DNA from: Alphaproteobacteria bacterium
Lineage (GTDB): Bacteria > Pseudomonadota > Alphaproteobacteria > Bin95
NCBI GenBank assembly: GCA_963665325.3
Contig: OZ224045.1
Coordinates: 640,001-704,000 of the forward strand
Direction of reading: 5' to 3'
Length of the DNA stretch: 64,000 nt
Position 1 is the stretch's first letter; each line of letters starts with the position of its first letter. This document shows positions 62,766-64,000 of this stretch, in pieces. The notes beneath the pieces were generated by a model. It was not told the DNA's origin, searched no databases, and worked only from the letters and a program-made list of their open reading frames with translations. The position numbers were made by a program, and so were the translations under genes.

Positions 62766-63380
62766 ATGTCGCACAAGCTGTTCCGGCACTCCAATCTCTC
62801 CAACGCCCGGGTTTGGGATTTTCTGAAGCAGGTCGACGCGGCCGAGGCGGAGGCGTGCCGGGCGGCGGGTTGCCCGCGCTGCGGCGGCGCGCTTCACAGC
62901 GCGAGCTACCCGCGCAAGCCGCACGGTCTGGCGGCGAATCTTCGGAACGACGTTCGGCGCTTCAGCCTGTGCTGTTCGGTGTGCCGACGCCGCGTGAAGC
63001 CGCCGTCGGTGCGTTTCTTCGGCAGGCGCTTTTACGTCGGGGCGCTGTTCCTTGTGGTGAGTGCGCTGGCTGTGGCCGGCGGCGCGCGGTTGCAGACGAT
63101 CGCGCGGCGGTGCGGGGTTCCGGCCTCGACGCTGAAGCGCTGGCGGCGCTGGTGGCTGGAAGCCTTCCCGCTGACCCGGGAGTGGCAGGCGAGACGGGGC
63201 GAGCTGGCGGCGCCGCCCGAAGAGGCGCCGCTGCGCCGGCTGCTGCGCATCATGCGGGGCCGTGGCTTCCGCTCGCGGCTGCTGCGGAGCCTGGTCTGGC
63301 TGATGCCGTGGACCGGCTTTTGCGCGCTCGGCGCAGGTCCGGCTTCGCCCGCAGAAAGCGTTTCTATGATGCACGGATAG
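62766..63380 (+). CDS. Transposon-associated zinc-ribbon / HTH hypothetical protein
   Basis: CPRCGG-x-LH-x-A-x-YPRKP, RFSLCC-x2-CRRR-x2-PPSVRF-x-GRRFY, STLKRWRRWW. Confidence 0.75.
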   Translation: MSHKLFRHSNLSNARVWDFLKQVDAAEAEACRAAGCPRCGGALHSASYPRKPHGLAANLRNDVRRFSLCCSVCRRRVKPPSVRFFGRRFYVGALFLVVSALAVAGGARLQTIARRCGVPASTLKRWRRWWLEAFPLTREWQARRGELAAPPEEAPLRRLLRIMRGRGFRSRLLRSLVWLMPWTGFCALGAGPASPAESVSMMHG

Positions 63381-63428
63381 GGCACCGCATCATCGGCACC
63401 TCCACGAAGCAGCGAGGGGGATGCCGGA

Positions 63429-64000
63429 ATGAACAGCAACGACGGGAGCGAGCGTCGCGACCGGTGGGCGCGGTTGCGCTTCGCGGTGGTCGGGCCGCTT
63501 CTGGCCTCGCCGCCGCCGGCGGGGCGGCTGCACGCCGAGCTTGAGCGGCTTGCCGAACGCGAGTGGGATCACCCGTCCGGCAAGGGCCGGGTGCGCTTCG
63601 CGGTGTCCACGATCGAGCGCTGGTACTACCAGGCGCGGGCGGCGGACAACGATCCGGTGGGGGCGCTCAAGCGGCGCCCGCGCGCCGATGCCGGGCGCCC
63701 GCGCGCGATGTCGCCGACGCTGATCGAGGCGCTGCACGAGCAGTACCGGGCGCATCCGTCGTGGTCGGCGCAGCTTCATCACGAGAATCTGGCCGCGCGG
63801 GTCGAGGCCGATCCCGAGCTCGGCCCGATACCGTCCTACGCGACGCTGACCCGGGCGATGCGGGCTCGCGGGCTGGTACGCAAGCGCCGGCGCAAGTGGC
63901 ATGAGAGCGAGGCCAGGCCGGCGGTCGAAGCCCGCGAGGTATTGAGCTACGAGGTCTCGCGCTCTCACGCCCTGTGGCACGCCGACATGCACAGCGCCAA
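63429..64000 (+). CDS. DDE-type integrase/transposase (IS481/Mu-like), 3'-truncated by window edge
   Basis: Hand translation MNSNDGSERRDRWARLRFAVVGPLL...STIERWYY...PSYATL...YEV...LWHAD, the last motif carrying the first catalytic Asp. Confidence 0.85.
   Translation, partial: MNSNDGSERRDRWARLRFAVVGPLLASPPPAGRLHAELERLAEREWDHPSGKGRVRFAVSTIERWYYQARAADNDPVGALKRRPRADAGRPRAMSPTLIEALHEQYRAHPSWSAQLHHENLAARVEADPELGPIPSYATLTRAMRARGLVRKRRRKWHESEARPAVEAREVLSYEVSRSHALWHADMHSA

Larger units (their letters stand above)
62619..64000 (+). mobile_element. Left part of a DDE transposon / IS (accessory zinc-ribbon gene plus IS481/Mu-like transposase)
   Basis: FN3 repeat identity ends abruptly after ACGTCCGG (62618); the new sequence begins TG; two IS-type ORFs follow. 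Confidence 0.85.

Overview
GC-rich alphaproteobacterial (Rhodospirillales-like) chromosomal segment. Housekeeping blocks (glcB, accA-xerD, aroK-aroB, hppA, maf-rng-yacG, ppx-rlmE-guaB, ssb-gyrA-coaD, uvrA, lgt-MidA-pgeF) and three tRNAs (Leu-TAA, Gln-CTG, Lys-TTT) are interspersed with catabolic and transport genes, including a UbiD decarboxylase next to a TRAP transporter. Three observations stand out. (1) A selenoprotein gene that the ORF track splits in two (57378-57902): it has an in-frame TGA in a D-U-G-S-C-T-S-C motif followed by a bacterial SECIS-like hairpin, and it is translationally coupled to a CxxC thioredoxin-like fusion protein. (2) A dispersed, apparently non-coding ~480-bp element present twice (about 17110-17590 on +, about 44540-45035 on -). 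Each copy has a promoter-like AT-rich head, a conserved GC-rich core with a 28-nt identical block, and helically phased CATGACA heptamers; a third, isolated heptamer array lies upstream of maf. (3) A large fibronectin-III repeat / Calx-beta / beta-barrel surface protein whose 5' part is cut by a DDE transposon at the right edge of the window. No CRISPR array or rRNA was seen. Product calls are from motif recognition only; no database search was run.
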